Source: an uncultured delta proteobacterium
Lineage (GTDB): Bacteria > Myxococcota > Myxococcia > Myxococcales > Anaeromyxobacteraceae
Assembly (NCBI GenBank): GCA_963845515.1
Contig: CAWJSR010000029.1
Location: 160,001-224,000, forward strand
Length of the DNA: 64,000 bases
Direction of reading: 5' to 3'
Part shown: positions 23,451 through 33,447 of the stretch, piece after piece
Numbering within the stretch: position 1 is the stretch's first letter
Layout of the letters: the number at the start of each line of letters is the position of its first letter
Translations under genes and position numbers: made by a program
Notes under the pieces: model-generated
The model's input: the letters and a program-made list of their open reading frames with translations, nothing else
Database searches by the model: none
Told to the model about the DNA's origin: nothing

Positions 23451-23696
23451 TCAGTGGACGACGAGCCAGATCGTGATCGCGGATGCCGCGATCGCTCCCG
23501 CGATCCCTGCGATCACGACGGCCCGGTCGGGGGCGGTGCGGGCGACGAGCTCGCCAGCCGCCTCGCGCTCGGCGTCGCTCGCCCCGCCGTCTGCCAGCAG
23601 CTCCGCCGCCAGGCGGCGTGCCGCGCCGTGGTCCCCGGCGTCGAACAGCGCGAGCATCCTGTCAGCGCGCTCGCTGCCCTTTCGTCCCTTGCTCAT
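23451..23696 (-). CDS. Small hypothetical protein with C-terminal TM
   Basis: MSKGRKGSERADRMLALFDAGDHGAARRLA...AVVIAGIAGAIAASAITIWLVVH. Confidence 0.6.
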   Translation of the reverse strand: MSKGRKGSERADRMLALFDAGDHGAARRLAAELLADGGASDAEREAAGELVARTAPDRAVVIAGIAGAIAASAITIWLVVH

Positions 23697-23829
23697 GCAG
23701 CGCGACCATAGCAGCGCCCGGCGGGGCCGCCACGGCGGCGCCACCTCCTCGATGGACGACAACTTGACCTCTCCGCGTTCAGGGATGAATAGCCTCCCTG
23801 CACTTCGCGCCGGGGGGAGACAGAGGGCC

Positions 23830-24641
23830 ATGCCGTTCCGAGCCGACATGCGGAGGTTGGGTGCCGCGTTGCTCACGCTTGCCGCGGCGTGCAAGGGAGG
23901 CAGCGACGCCCGTCCGCTGACCTACGACGGCGCGACCACCATCAGCCGCCACATCCTGAACGACGCGATCCCCGCCTTCGAGAAGAAGGCGGCGGTGTCG
24001 TTCGGGAAGGTCGATCACAGCGGCGGGGGGAAGGGGCTCGCCCGGCTCTTCGGCGGCGAGGTGGAGATCGCCGGCGTCGCCCGCAGGCTCACCGCGGCGG
24101 AGCTGGAGCGGCGCCCCTACTTCCAGATCATCGGATACGACGCGTTGGGCGTCTTCCTCAACGGGCAGAGCCAGATCAAGGGGCTCTCGAAGGCCCAGCT
24201 CAAGGCGGTCTTCACCGGCGCCATCGTCAACTGGAAGGACGTGGGCGGCCCCAACCTCCCCGTCGTCGCCTGCACCGAGCCGCTCGACAGCGGACGGAAC
24301 ACGCTCGCCGTCTTCCAGGGGACCGTGCTCGACGAGGCGCCGTTCGGGCCGGTCCGCGAAGCCCCTGACCCGGCCGACTGCCTGGCCTTCGTCGCCAGCG
24401 ACGCCCGGCGGGGTGACCTTCGCGACGGTCGCCTACGCCATCCCCGGCGTTCGCGCCGTCGCCGTCGACGGGGTCGAGCCCACGCCGGCCCGCGTCCTCG
24501 ACTCGACCTACCCCCTCTCGCGGCCGCTGCTGCTCGTCACCCGCACGCCACCGACCGGGCCAGGTCGCCGCCTTCTTCGACTTCATGCTCTCGCCCGAAG
24601 GGCAGAAGATCGTGGGCCGGAAGTTCATCCCGGTAAGGTGA
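23830..24641 (+). CDS. PstS-like phosphate-binding lipoprotein (indels near 24410 and 24560)
   Basis: Lipobox-like AAAC, DGATT, IGYDALGVF, TGAIVNWKDVGG, YPLSRPLLLV, FMLSPEGQKIV. Confidence 0.8.
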
Positions 24642-24710
24642 TGGCCCGCGCCCGGGAACCGATCCCGCTCGGCCCCGCGCAGTCTGAACCGTAGTACCCT
24701 TCGTGGCGCC

Positions 24711-25496
24711 ATGGCCCGTCGTGCCCGCACGCTCTCCGCTCCATCGCTCGATCGCCGGCGCTTCCTGCGGCTGCTGGGGCTCGCCGCGACCGCGAGCCTC
24801 CTGCCGCCGAGCGCGCGCGCCTTCGGCGACACCTCCAGGCTGACGATCGGACAGGTCCAGCACGGAGGGCGCTGGAACCCGCGCCCGGGCGCGCTCCGCC
24901 GCCTCGGATGGGAGCTGGCGCGCCGCACGAGCATCGACCCTGCCCCCGACGCGGTGCCGATCCGGCTCGACAGGCCCGGCCTCCATCGACACCCGATGCT
25001 CTACCTCGCTGGCGACGGCCCGATGCCGTCGCTGGGCGACGGCGAGCGGTCGGCCTTGCGGCGGCACCTCCAGTTCGGCGGCCTGCTCCTGGTCGACGCG
25101 GCCGACGGCTCGGACGGCGCCGGCTTCGACGCCTCGATCCGTCAGGAGCTCGCGAGGCTGCTGCCAGCGTCGCCGCTCCAGCCGGTGCCCCGCGATCACG
25201 TGCTCTACAAGAGCTTCTACCTCATCGACCGGCAGGGCGGCCGCATCCTGGCCCGTCCCTGGCTGGAGGCGCAGGCGATCGACGGGCGGCTCGCGGTGAT
25301 CTACTCGCAGAACGATCTGGCCGGCGCGTGGGCGCGCTCGGAGCTCGGTGACTGGGAGTTCCCCTGCAGCCCCGGCGGTGAGCCCCAGCGGGAGGTGGCC
25401 TTCCGGATCGGCGTCAACGTGGCCATGTACGCGCTCTGCACCGACTACAAGGACGACGCGGTCCACCTGCCCTTCATCATGAAGCGAAGGACGTAG
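24711..25496 (+). CDS. DUF4159 family protein with Tat-like signal
   Basis: DRRRFLRLLG twin-arginine motif; HPMLYLAG, HVLYKSFY, NDLAGAW, NVAMYAL..DYKDD. Confidence 0.78.
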   Translation: MARRARTLSAPSLDRRRFLRLLGLAATASLLPPSARAFGDTSRLTIGQVQHGGRWNPRPGALRRLGWELARRTSIDPAPDAVPIRLDRPGLHRHPMLYLAGDGPMPSLGDGERSALRRHLQFGGLLLVDAADGSDGAGFDASIRQELARLLPASPLQPVPRDHVLYKSFYLIDRQGGRILARPWLEAQAIDGRLAVIYSQNDLAGAWARSELGDWEFPCSPGGEPQREVAFRIGVNVAMYALCTDYKDDAVHLPFIMKRRT

Positions 25497-25503
25497 TCTC
25501 CTG

Positions 25504-27774
25504 ATGGACGCGACGGTCTACGACGACTGGCGGCTCGCCGCCCTCTCGCCGCTCCCCGGCTGGGCCCTGGTGCTCGTCGGCGTCGCCGCCGCCGCGTCGG
25601 TCTACCTGGCGTGGCGCGGGCTGCGGGGCGAGCCGAGCCGGCGCCGCCGCGCCCTCCTGGTCGCGCTCCGCACGGTCTCCGCGGCGCTGGCGCTCTTCCT
25701 CCTGATCGAGCCGGCGGTGCAGCTGCTCCAGACCGCGCGCGTCCGGCGCCGCTTCGCCGTGCTGGTCGACGGCTCCCGCTCGATGGGCTTCCCGGTCGAG
25801 GAGGGCGGCAGCTCCCGGGCCGACGCGGCCACCACGCTCCTCGCCGCCCACCGCGAGGAGCTCGATCGGCTGGCCGATCGAGTCGACCTCGAGTGGTGGA
25901 CCTTCGCCGGCGACGCGGCCCCCACCGACGCGGGCGGCGCCGCGCCGCCGCGCGGTGGCAGGACGGACGTCATGGCAGCGCTCAGGGCCGCGGCGGCCGG
26001 GAGCCGGAAGCTCGCCGGTGCGCTCGTCCTCTCCGACGGCGCCGACAACGGCGCGCTCGTCGACGGGCTCGACGGCCCGGCGCGGGCGGAGCTGGAGGCG
26101 CTCGGCTTCCCCGTCAACGCGGTGGCGATCGGGACCGACGCCCCTCGAGACGTCGCGATCGAGCGAGTCGCCGTGGACGACTTCGCCTTCGTCCGCAACA
26201 CGCTGACCGTGGAGGCGACCCTGCGGGTGCGCGGCTACGGGCGGGAAGAGGTGGAGGTGGTCCTGCGGCGCGAGGGGAGCGTCGCGGCGTCGGCGAAGGT
26301 GAAGCTGGAGCCCGGGCGCGATCGCTACACGGTCCCGCTCTCCTTCGCGCCCGACGCGACGGGCACCTTCGTCTTCACGCTCGAGGCGCGGCCGCTGCCC
26401 GGCGAGGCCATCGCCGGCAACAACGCGCGCTCGTTCGCGCTGCGGGTCATCCGCGACCGGGTCCGCGTCCTGCTGGTCGCCGGGAGGCCGAGCTGGGACG
26501 AGCGCTTCCTGCGCGGCCTCCTCAAGCAGGACCCCAACGTCGACCTGGTCTCGTTCTTCATCCTCCGCCAGAACGCCGACAACCCCGGGCCGCAGGAGGA
26601 CCTCTCGCTCATCCCCTTCCCCGTGGCCGAGATCTTCGGCCCGCAGCTCAAGACCTTCGACGCAGTCCTGTTCGTCAACTTCGCGTGGTCGCCGTACCGG
26701 AGCCTCCAGATCGAGGGATTCCTCCCCGGGATCCGCGACTACGTCCTCGCGGGCGGCGCCTTCGCGATGGTCGGTGGCGAGCAGAGCTTCGGCGAGGGGC
26801 GCTACGGCGAGACCCCGATCTCGGAGATCCTGCCGGTCACGCCACTCGACGGCACCCGCGCGCTGGAGGAGGAGTTCCACCCCAGGCTCACCGCGGAGGG
26901 GCGCCGCCACCCGGTGATGCGACTCGCCGCCGGCGACGGCCCCAACGCAGGGGCCTGGGAGGCGCTCCCTGCGCTGCCGGGCGTCAACCTGGTGCGCGCG
27001 CTGCTCCCCGGCCAGGGAGCGGCGGTCCTCCTGGAGGCGCCGGGGCTCCTCGTCGACGGCCGGCCGGCGCCGGTCGTGGCCGTGCGCGAGGTGGGACGGG
27101 GCCGGACGCTGGCGGTTGCGACCGACTCGACCTGGTTCTGGGGCTTCGCCGCGGCGGAGTCAGGGCGAGGCGGGCGCGCGCACCAGCGCTTCTGGCTCAA
27201 CGCTCTCCGCTGGCTCGTGCGGGATCCGGGCACCGACGCGCTCCAGGTCGAGCCGGACGAGCGAGCGGTCGAGCCGGGTGCGCCGGTCGGCCTCACCCTC
27301 TCGCTGCGCGGTGCCGACGCGGGCCCCGCCTCCGGGAGGAAGGTCCAGGTCGAGCTGGTCGGGGAGGACGGCCGTCCCGCCACGCGCGGGGAGGCCGTGA
27401 CCGGCGCAGACGGCGAGGCGCGGCTGGAGCTGGTCCCGCCGGGGCCGGGCGCCTACCGGATCGTGGCCCGCTCCGGTGACGCAGCGGCAGGTGAGACGGG
27501 GAGCGCGGCGGTGGCCGTCCGCGGGACGGGGCCGGAGGATGCAGACGCCTCACCTCGCCCGGAGCTGCTCCGCGCGATCGCCGAGACGACTGGTGGCGGC
27601 TACGCCGAGCTGCCCGGCGGCGGCCTTCCGGATCTCGCGCTCGAGGACCCGGAGCGGGTCGAGATCGGCCGGCGCAAGGACGTGCCGATCTGGGACCGCG
27701 CCTGGTACCTCGCAGCGCTCGCGGCGACCCTCGCCGCGGAGTGGGTGCTGCGGCGCCGCTTCGGCTACTGGTAG
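25504..27774 (+). CDS. Membrane protein with vWA-like and glutamine amidotransferase-like domains
   Basis: N-terminal TMs, MIDAS-like LVDGSRSM and LSDGADN, GGAFAMVGGEQSF, C-term EWVLRRRFG. Confidence 0.72.
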   Translation: MDATVYDDWRLAALSPLPGWALVLVGVAAAASVYLAWRGLRGEPSRRRRALLVALRTVSAALALFLLIEPAVQLLQTARVRRRFAVLVDGSRSMGFPVEEGGSSRADAATTLLAAHREELDRLADRVDLEWWTFAGDAAPTDAGGAAPPRGGRTDVMAALRAAAAGSRKLAGALVLSDGADNGALVDGLDGPARAELEALGFPVNAVAIGTDAPRDVAIERVAVDDFAFVRNTLTVEATLRVRGYGREEVEVVLRREGSVAASAKVKLEPGRDRYTVPLSFAPDATGTFVFTLEARPLPGEAIAGNNARSFALRVIRDRVRVLLVAGRPSWDERFLRGLLKQDPNVDLVSFFILRQNADNPGPQEDLSLIPFPVAEIFGPQLKTFDAVLFVNFAWSPYRSLQIEGFLPGIRDYVLAGGAFAMVGGEQSFGEGRYGETPISEILPVTPLDGTRALEEEFHPRLTAEGRRHPVMRLAAGDGPNAGAWEALPALPGVNLVRALLPGQGAAVLLEAPGLLVDGRPAPVVAVREVGRGRTLAVATDSTWFWGFAAAESGRGGRAHQRFWLNALRWLVRDPGTDALQVEPDERAVEPGAPVGLTLSLRGADAGPASGRKVQVELVGEDGRPATRGEAVTGADGEARLELVPPGPGAYRIVARSGDAAAGETGSAAVAVRGTGPEDADASPRPELLRAIAETTGGGYAELPGGGLPDLALEDPERVEIGRRKDVPIWDRAWYLAALAATLAAEWVLRRRFGYW

Positions 27775-27836
27775 CCGCCCGGGACACTGCCGGGCGCTCT
27801 TGCACCGGCGCTTGAAAACGGCGATACCCCCCAGCC

Positions 27837-28328
27837 ATGAAAATCGCCAATGGCACCGTCGTCAGCATCGACTACCGCCTGCACCTGGGAGACGGCAAGG
27901 TCATCGACGCCTCCGAGCCGGGAGATCCCCTCACCTACCTGCAGGGCGAGGGGCAGATCGTCCCCGGACTGGAGCGCGAGCTGAACGGGCTCGGCGTCGG
28001 CGACGAGCGCAAGGTCGTCGTCGCCCCCGAGGACGGCTACGGCGACCGGAACCCGAACGGACTCCAGCAGGTCGACCGGAAGGCCTTCCCGGACGACGTG
28101 GAGCTGAAGGTCGGGCTGGAGCTCTCGGCCGTCGGCCCCAACGGCGAGACGGTCCCCTTCGTCGTCCACGAGGTGAGCGGCGACAAGGTCGTCGTCGACC
28201 TGAACCACCCGCTGGCCGGCAAGACGCTCCACTTCGAGGTGACCGTTCGCGAGGTGCGCGCGCCCACGGCCGAGGAGCTGGAGCACGGTCACGCCCACGG
28301 CCCAGGCGGGCACGGGCACGACGAGTAG
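27837..28328 (+). CDS. slyD: FKBP-type peptidyl-prolyl isomerase
   Basis: MKIANGTVVSIDY, DLNHPLAGKTLHF, His-rich tail HGHAHGPGGHGH. Confidence 0.94.
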   Translation: MKIANGTVVSIDYRLHLGDGKVIDASEPGDPLTYLQGEGQIVPGLERELNGLGVGDERKVVVAPEDGYGDRNPNGLQQVDRKAFPDDVELKVGLELSAVGPNGETVPFVVHEVSGDKVVVDLNHPLAGKTLHFEVTVREVRAPTAEELEHGHAHGPGGHGHDE

Positions 28329-28331
28329 GGC

Positions 28332-29546
28332 TCAGCGCCCCAGGTAGAGGCCGACCGCGAAGCCGGCCACCAGCGCGACGCACGCCACCGCACCAACCAC
28401 TCCCCAGGCGACCGCCGGCGGGGGCGCGGGGCGAGGGAAGGCGATCTCGGGCGTCTTCTCTCCAGGCCGGCGCGAGAGGGACGGGCCCGTCGCCTCGCCG
28501 ATTATGAGATCGTCCGAGACCGTCGTCGACTCGTCGCGCCGGGGGACGGGCATCGGACCGGTCGCCTCGCCGACGATCAGGTCGTCCGCATCATGCGTCC
28601 CCGGCTCCCCGCGCCGGACGGCGACGGCGGTGCCGGGGAGCGGGGTCAGCGACGCGACGATGGAGTCCTCGCTCACCTCCTCCGTCGACGGCGCCGGCCT
28701 GCTCGCGGCGGCGGAGGCGGTAGCGGGGGTCGCCTCAGCCTCTGCAGCCGCGGAGAGCGCCGACTCCAGCGAGCGGCGGCGGCGGCCCCGGGTCCCCACG
28801 TCGGACGGAAGCACTCCGTCCGCCCACGCCTTGACGCGCTCTGGCCCGGCGAGCGGGACAGCGGCCTCGAGCGCCTCGCGGAACCTGCCGGCGTCCTCGT
28901 AAGCCTCTCCCGTCTCCGCGGCGCGAGACGCCACCTCGGCGAGCCGGTCCGGGACGCCGGGGAGGCCGGCCGCCGAAGGGCTCTCCCCTGCGAGGCACTG
29001 CAGGAGCAGCGCCGCGAGCGCACGGACGTCTTCGGCGGGACCGGGCACCGGGCCGTCCCCCTCCGCCGCGCGGCCGAAGCCGGAGACCAGCACCCCGCCG
29101 TCGATCCCGACGAGGACCCGCTCGGCCCTCAGCGCACCATGGGCGAACGGCCGCCCCTCGACGATTGCGCGGCCATGGGAGTGGTGGACCGCCTCCGCAG
29201 CGTCGGCGACGATCCGGCCGGCGATCTCGGGCGGTATGCGAGCTCCGGTGTCGAGCAGCTCGCGAAGGCTCTCGCCGTCGCGCCATTCCTGCACCACGAC
29301 TGGCGCGTCGCTGAAGGTCTCCATCCCGAACACCCGGAGGATGTTCGGATGGAAGAGGCGCGCCGCACGCTCCACGTCCTCCGCCAGCCGGGCGAGGCGC
29401 TCCGGCGCATCGGCCACGCGGGCGGGGACGAAGGAGAGGACGACCGGCCGCGCGGGGGACTCGCGTCGGTCGACGGCCAGGCAGTTTCGCCACCCCTCGA
29501 AGGCGGAGAACTCGGTCACGATCTGGAACCGCGGGACGGTCGGCAC
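28332..29546 (-). CDS. Ser/Thr protein kinase-like pseudokinase with C-terminal TM
   Basis: HPNILRV and DGESLRELL retained; catalytic loop reads HGALRAERV and DFG reads GFG. Confidence 0.75.
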   Translation of the reverse strand: MPTVPRFQIVTEFSAFEGWRNCLAVDRRESPARPVVLSFVPARVADAPERLARLAEDVERAARLFHPNILRVFGMETFSDAPVVVQEWRDGESLRELLDTGARIPPEIAGRIVADAAEAVHHSHGRAIVEGRPFAHGALRAERVLVGIDGGVLVSGFGRAAEGDGPVPGPAEDVRALAALLLQCLAGESPSAAGLPGVPDRLAEVASRAAETGEAYEDAGRFREALEAAVPLAGPERVKAWADGVLPSDVGTRGRRRRSLESALSAAAEAEATPATASAAASRPAPSTEEVSEDSIVASLTPLPGTAVAVRRGEPGTHDADDLIVGEATGPMPVPRRDESTTVSDDLIIGEATGPSLSRRPGEKTPEIAFPRPAPPPAVAWGVVGAVACVALVAGFAVGLYLGR

Positions 29547-29619
29547 GGCCCGGCATGGTACACGTTCCGCGTGGCGTTGGGCGTGGCGGCCGTCACCCCT
29601 TTCCCGCTACGATGCCGCC

Positions 29620-30531
29620 GTGGCAAAGATCCGGGCGGTAGTCACAGACCTCGACAACACCCTCTACCCCTGGGTCGACTACATCGTCCCCAGCGTGGAG
29701 GCGATGGTCGACTCGCTGGTGGCGACCACGGGGCTCCCCCGCGTCCGGATCGTCCAGTCGCTGAAGGCGGTCTACTCGAAGTACGAGTCGAACGAGTACC
29801 CCTTCGCCATTCAGGAATCCGAGCTGTTCAAGCCATACGAGGCGGACTTCGACTCCTTCAACGCCCTGGTCCTGGCGCCGGCCCGCTTCGCCTTCAAGAC
29901 CGCGCGGGAGCGCTTTCTCCGCCCGTACCCGGGAGTCAAGGAGACGCTCGAGCGGCTCCGCGAGCGGGGGCTCCTCCTGATCGGCCTCACCGACGCACCG
30001 CGCAATGCTGCGGAGCTGCGGCTCAAGTGGCTCAAGCTCGACCACCACTTCGACGCCCTCTACACCCTCCCCGGCTATCCGCTCCCCGAGAACGTGGACG
30101 CCGAGATCCGGAAGCGCGACGCGGCCGGCCACTACAAGTCGCGCGTGCAGACGGTCACCGAGCTCCCCCTGGCTGCCGAGAAGCCCAGCCCCGACGGCCT
30201 CCGCCGGATCCTGGATGACTTCAAGCTGGAGCCGGGTCAGGTGCTCTACGTCGGCGACAACGTGAAGAAGGACATGCCGGTGGCCGAGGCCTGCGACGTG
30301 CTGGGCGTCTGGGCCGAGTACGGGACCTACGTCTCGTCCGAGTACCGCGACCGGCTCTCGGTCATCTCTGCCAAGGCGGTCACGCGCCGTCACGTCGCCG
30401 AGGAGACTCCGGCCCGCTGGCCGCTGTCGATCTCGTCCTTCACCCAGGTCCTCGAGGTCCTCGACGGAGCCCGGTGGATCAGGCAGCCGCGACATCACGT
30501 CCAGCCCCCGCGGAGGCGGAGGCCGGGGTAG
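29620..30531 (+). CDS. HAD-superfamily hydrolase
   Basis: TDLDNTL (motif I), LTD, EKPSP, YVGDNVKKD. Confidence 0.88.
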   Translation: MAKIRAVVTDLDNTLYPWVDYIVPSVEAMVDSLVATTGLPRVRIVQSLKAVYSKYESNEYPFAIQESELFKPYEADFDSFNALVLAPARFAFKTARERFLRPYPGVKETLERLRERGLLLIGLTDAPRNAAELRLKWLKLDHHFDALYTLPGYPLPENVDAEIRKRDAAGHYKSRVQTVTELPLAAEKPSPDGLRRILDDFKLEPGQVLYVGDNVKKDMPVAEACDVLGVWAEYGTYVSSEYRDRLSVISAKAVTRRHVAEETPARWPLSISSFTQVLEVLDGARWIRQPRHHVQPPRRRRPG

Positions 30532-30591
30532 ACTCCGCCCCACACCTACCCACCCCTCGCAGTGCCGGGATGCCTCGGAGAACGGACACCC

Positions 30592-33341
30592 ATGCGCCGC
30601 CAGCTGACCGCCTCGATCGCACTAGCCATCCTCGTAGCATGCGGTGGCTCGGGCGATGACAAGCCCACACCTCCCGCCTGCACCGCTGGCCTGGCCGACT
30701 GCGCCGGCGCCTGCGTCGACCTGAACACCGACGAGGCCAACTGCGGCTCGTGCGGTGACCCGTGCACAGGCGACCAGCTCTGCGCCGGTGGCGTCTGCGA
30801 GGTCACCTGCGCTGGCGGCCTCGTCGTCTGCGGCGACACGTGCTTCGACCTCCAGACCGACCTGGGCCACTGCGGCGCCTGCGGCAACCCGTGCAGCGAC
30901 GGGACGCTCTGCCTGTCCGGGGTCTGCCAACCGGCCTGTGGGCCGCTCACGAAGCGCTGCGGCTCCGGCGCCACGGCCGTCTGCGCCGACCTCGCGGCCG
31001 ACGAGGCCCACTGCGGCGCGTGCGGCACCCCCTGCGACGCCGGGCTGGTGTGTGAAGCTGGAGCGTGCGTGACGGTGACGCCGTGCGCCGAGGGAGAGGC
31101 GCGCTGCGGCGGCACCTGCGTCGCGCTGAGCGTCAGGGCGGCGGGGCTGGGCCTGCCCGGCGTCCGCGCGTCCCCGACGTCGGCTGCGCCGGTCGCGCTC
31201 GCCACGATCCGCGCCGATGGCGTCGGCGATGCCGTCGACGATCTGGTCGTGACCGAGCTCACGTCCGCCACGACCGGGCAGATCGAGGTGTTGCGCGGCG
31301 CAGGGGACGGCACCTTCACGCCTTACTCCACCCCGTCCATCGTCCCGCTCGCCTACATCCCGTCCTCGGTCGCCGTCGGTGACGTCGACGGCGACGGCCT
31401 CGCCGATCTCGTGGTCGGCACCGCCGACGCCTCCGTGACGTCCGTCGCGCTGTTCACCGGCGACGGGGCTGGCGGCTTCGCGGCGGCGCTCCTTCCAGAG
31501 CTGGCCGCCGGCCCAGGTCCGCGGGCGGTGGCGCTCGCGTACGTCGACTGGGACGGATATCTCGACCTCGTCGTCGGCAACGGCGCGGGCGTCACGTCGA
31601 ACAACCTGCAGATCTTTCTCAACGATGGCCTCGGCACCTTCGGCGCGGCCCCGGCGGTGGCTGGAGCTCCACGGCCCGCCAACAGAAGCTACAGCGTGCT
31701 GGCAGACGTCCGCCAGGTCGCCGTGGGACAGCTCGACTCCGTCGCGCTCGGGGACGACCTCCTCGCCGTCTCTGCCGGCACCACCACGGCGGGCGGAAGC
31801 GTCCTGATGAACGACGGCTGGAGCTTCACGGAGGTCAGCACCTTCACGCTCGCCGGCGAACCCACCGCGACGGTCGCGGCCGACCTCAGCGGCGACCTGA
31901 TCCTCGACTGGGCGGTGGCCCAGGCGGCGAGCAACCAGGTCGCGATCTTCGTCAACGACGGGACGGGCCTCAGCACTCCCCAGGAGCTGTTCGACGTCGC
32001 GGAGCCGCTGGGGCTGGCTGCGGCGGATCTCGACGGAGACGGAAGGCTGGACCTGCTCACGGCCAACGGTGCCACTGCGGCCACCTACTACCACCAGAAC
32101 CTCGGGCCACTGGCCGGCGGCGTGGTCTTCGCTCAGCCCGTCCGTCTCCCGGCCGGCGACAGTCCGTCCGCCGTCGCGGTGACCGCCCTGGCGTCGGGCG
32201 AGACCTGGGTCCTCACCGCGAACGAGCAGGGGCTCAACGTCTCGGCCGCGCTCACCACCGCCACCGGGTTCGTGGTGCCGGACGTCTACCCGACCGACGT
32301 CAGCGCCGACGCGGTCGCGCTGGGCTACTTCGACGAGGACGGGTGGCTCGACTTCGCCGCGGTGAGCGCCTGGACCAACGAGCTCCGGGTCTTCGTCCAG
32401 GCAAGACCGGCGGCGCCGGCCTCCGACTTCTCGACCTTCACGAGCATCGCCCTCCCGCTCAACGCCGCGCCGTCCGCCGTCGCCGCGGGGGACCTCGACG
32501 CCGACGGCGCGGAGGACATCGCCGTCGCCATGAAGGGGCTGGCGCAGGTCGGCCTGTTCCACGCAGACGGCACGGGAGGCTTCGATCCGATCGTCACCCT
32601 GGACGTGGGGGCCGAGCCCTCCGCGCTGCTGCTGGCCCAGCTCGACGGCTACGCCGGGCTCGACCTCGCGACCGCCGACGCAGGCTCGAACCGGGTGACC
32701 GTGATCGCCTCCACCGGGGTCGGCACCTTCGCCGCGCCCCTCGCCCTGACGGCCGGTCAGTCTCCGGTCGCCCTGGCGGCCGTCGGACCTCGAGGATTGC
32801 GGCTGCGTCGACCTCGTGTCGGCCAACGCCGGGGACGGCACGGTCTCGGTCTTCCGCTGCGACCCGGACCTCGCCCGGGACGTTCGGCGCGGCGCTCACC
32901 GTGTCGGCCTGCGCCGGCGCGCGGTCGATCGCAGCGGCACGCGTCGATGCCGACGTCCTCCCCGACCTCGTCGTCGGCTGCGCCGATGGCGTCGTGATCC
33001 TCCAGGGCCTCGGCTCCGGAGCGTTCGCTGCGGGCACGCCGCTCTTCCTCGGCCTGGATCCGGCGGCGCTGAGCGTCGCCGACCTCGACGGTGATGGCCT
33101 GACCGACCTCGTGGCAGCGAGCCCGCGCGACGGCGGCATCGCCCTGCTCCGCGGCAGCGCAGGCGGCACGTACTCCGCGCCCGAGATCTTCACGGCCGGC
33201 GGGAGCCCGGTGGGGCTGGCCGTCGGCGCCGTCGACGGCGACGTGCAGCTCGACGTGGTCGCGGCGGTCACCCGTCCCTCGACCGCGCTGGTCGGCGCCG
33301 GCGCCGCGTTCCTCCGCGGGACCTGGACCTGCACGCCCTGA
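30592..33341 (+). CDS. Large lipoprotein with Cys-rich repeats and FG-GAP/VCBS repeats (indels near 32785-32875)
   Basis: Lipobox LVAC; three CVDLxTDxxNCGxCG-type repeats; multiple GDxDGDGxxDL repeats. Confidence 0.85.
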
Positions 33342-33428
33342 CTTTGAACACTCCCCCTCTCCCCGACCGGTGGTCCTCTTTGAACACTCCCCCTCTCCCT
33401 CACTGAGGGAGAGGGACAGGGTGAGGGA
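33342..33428. repeat. 22-bp direct repeat plus REP-like palindrome (copy 2, opposite orientation)
   Basis: CTTTGAACACTCCCCCTCTCCC at 33342 and 33378; stem CCCTCTCCCTC/GAGGGAGAGGG followed by ACAGGGTGAGGG. Confidence 0.7.
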
Positions 33429-33447
33429 GACTTCCCGGCGGCCCGCC

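Noticed and set aside
29620..30531. HAD hydrolase as part of an anti-phage system
   Set aside because: No effector, nuclease or sensor neighbour is visible to support it.
33342..33399. Possible mini-CRISPR (22-bp repeat, two copies)
   Set aside because: Only two copies with a 14-nt gap; the repeat merges into a REP-like hairpin.
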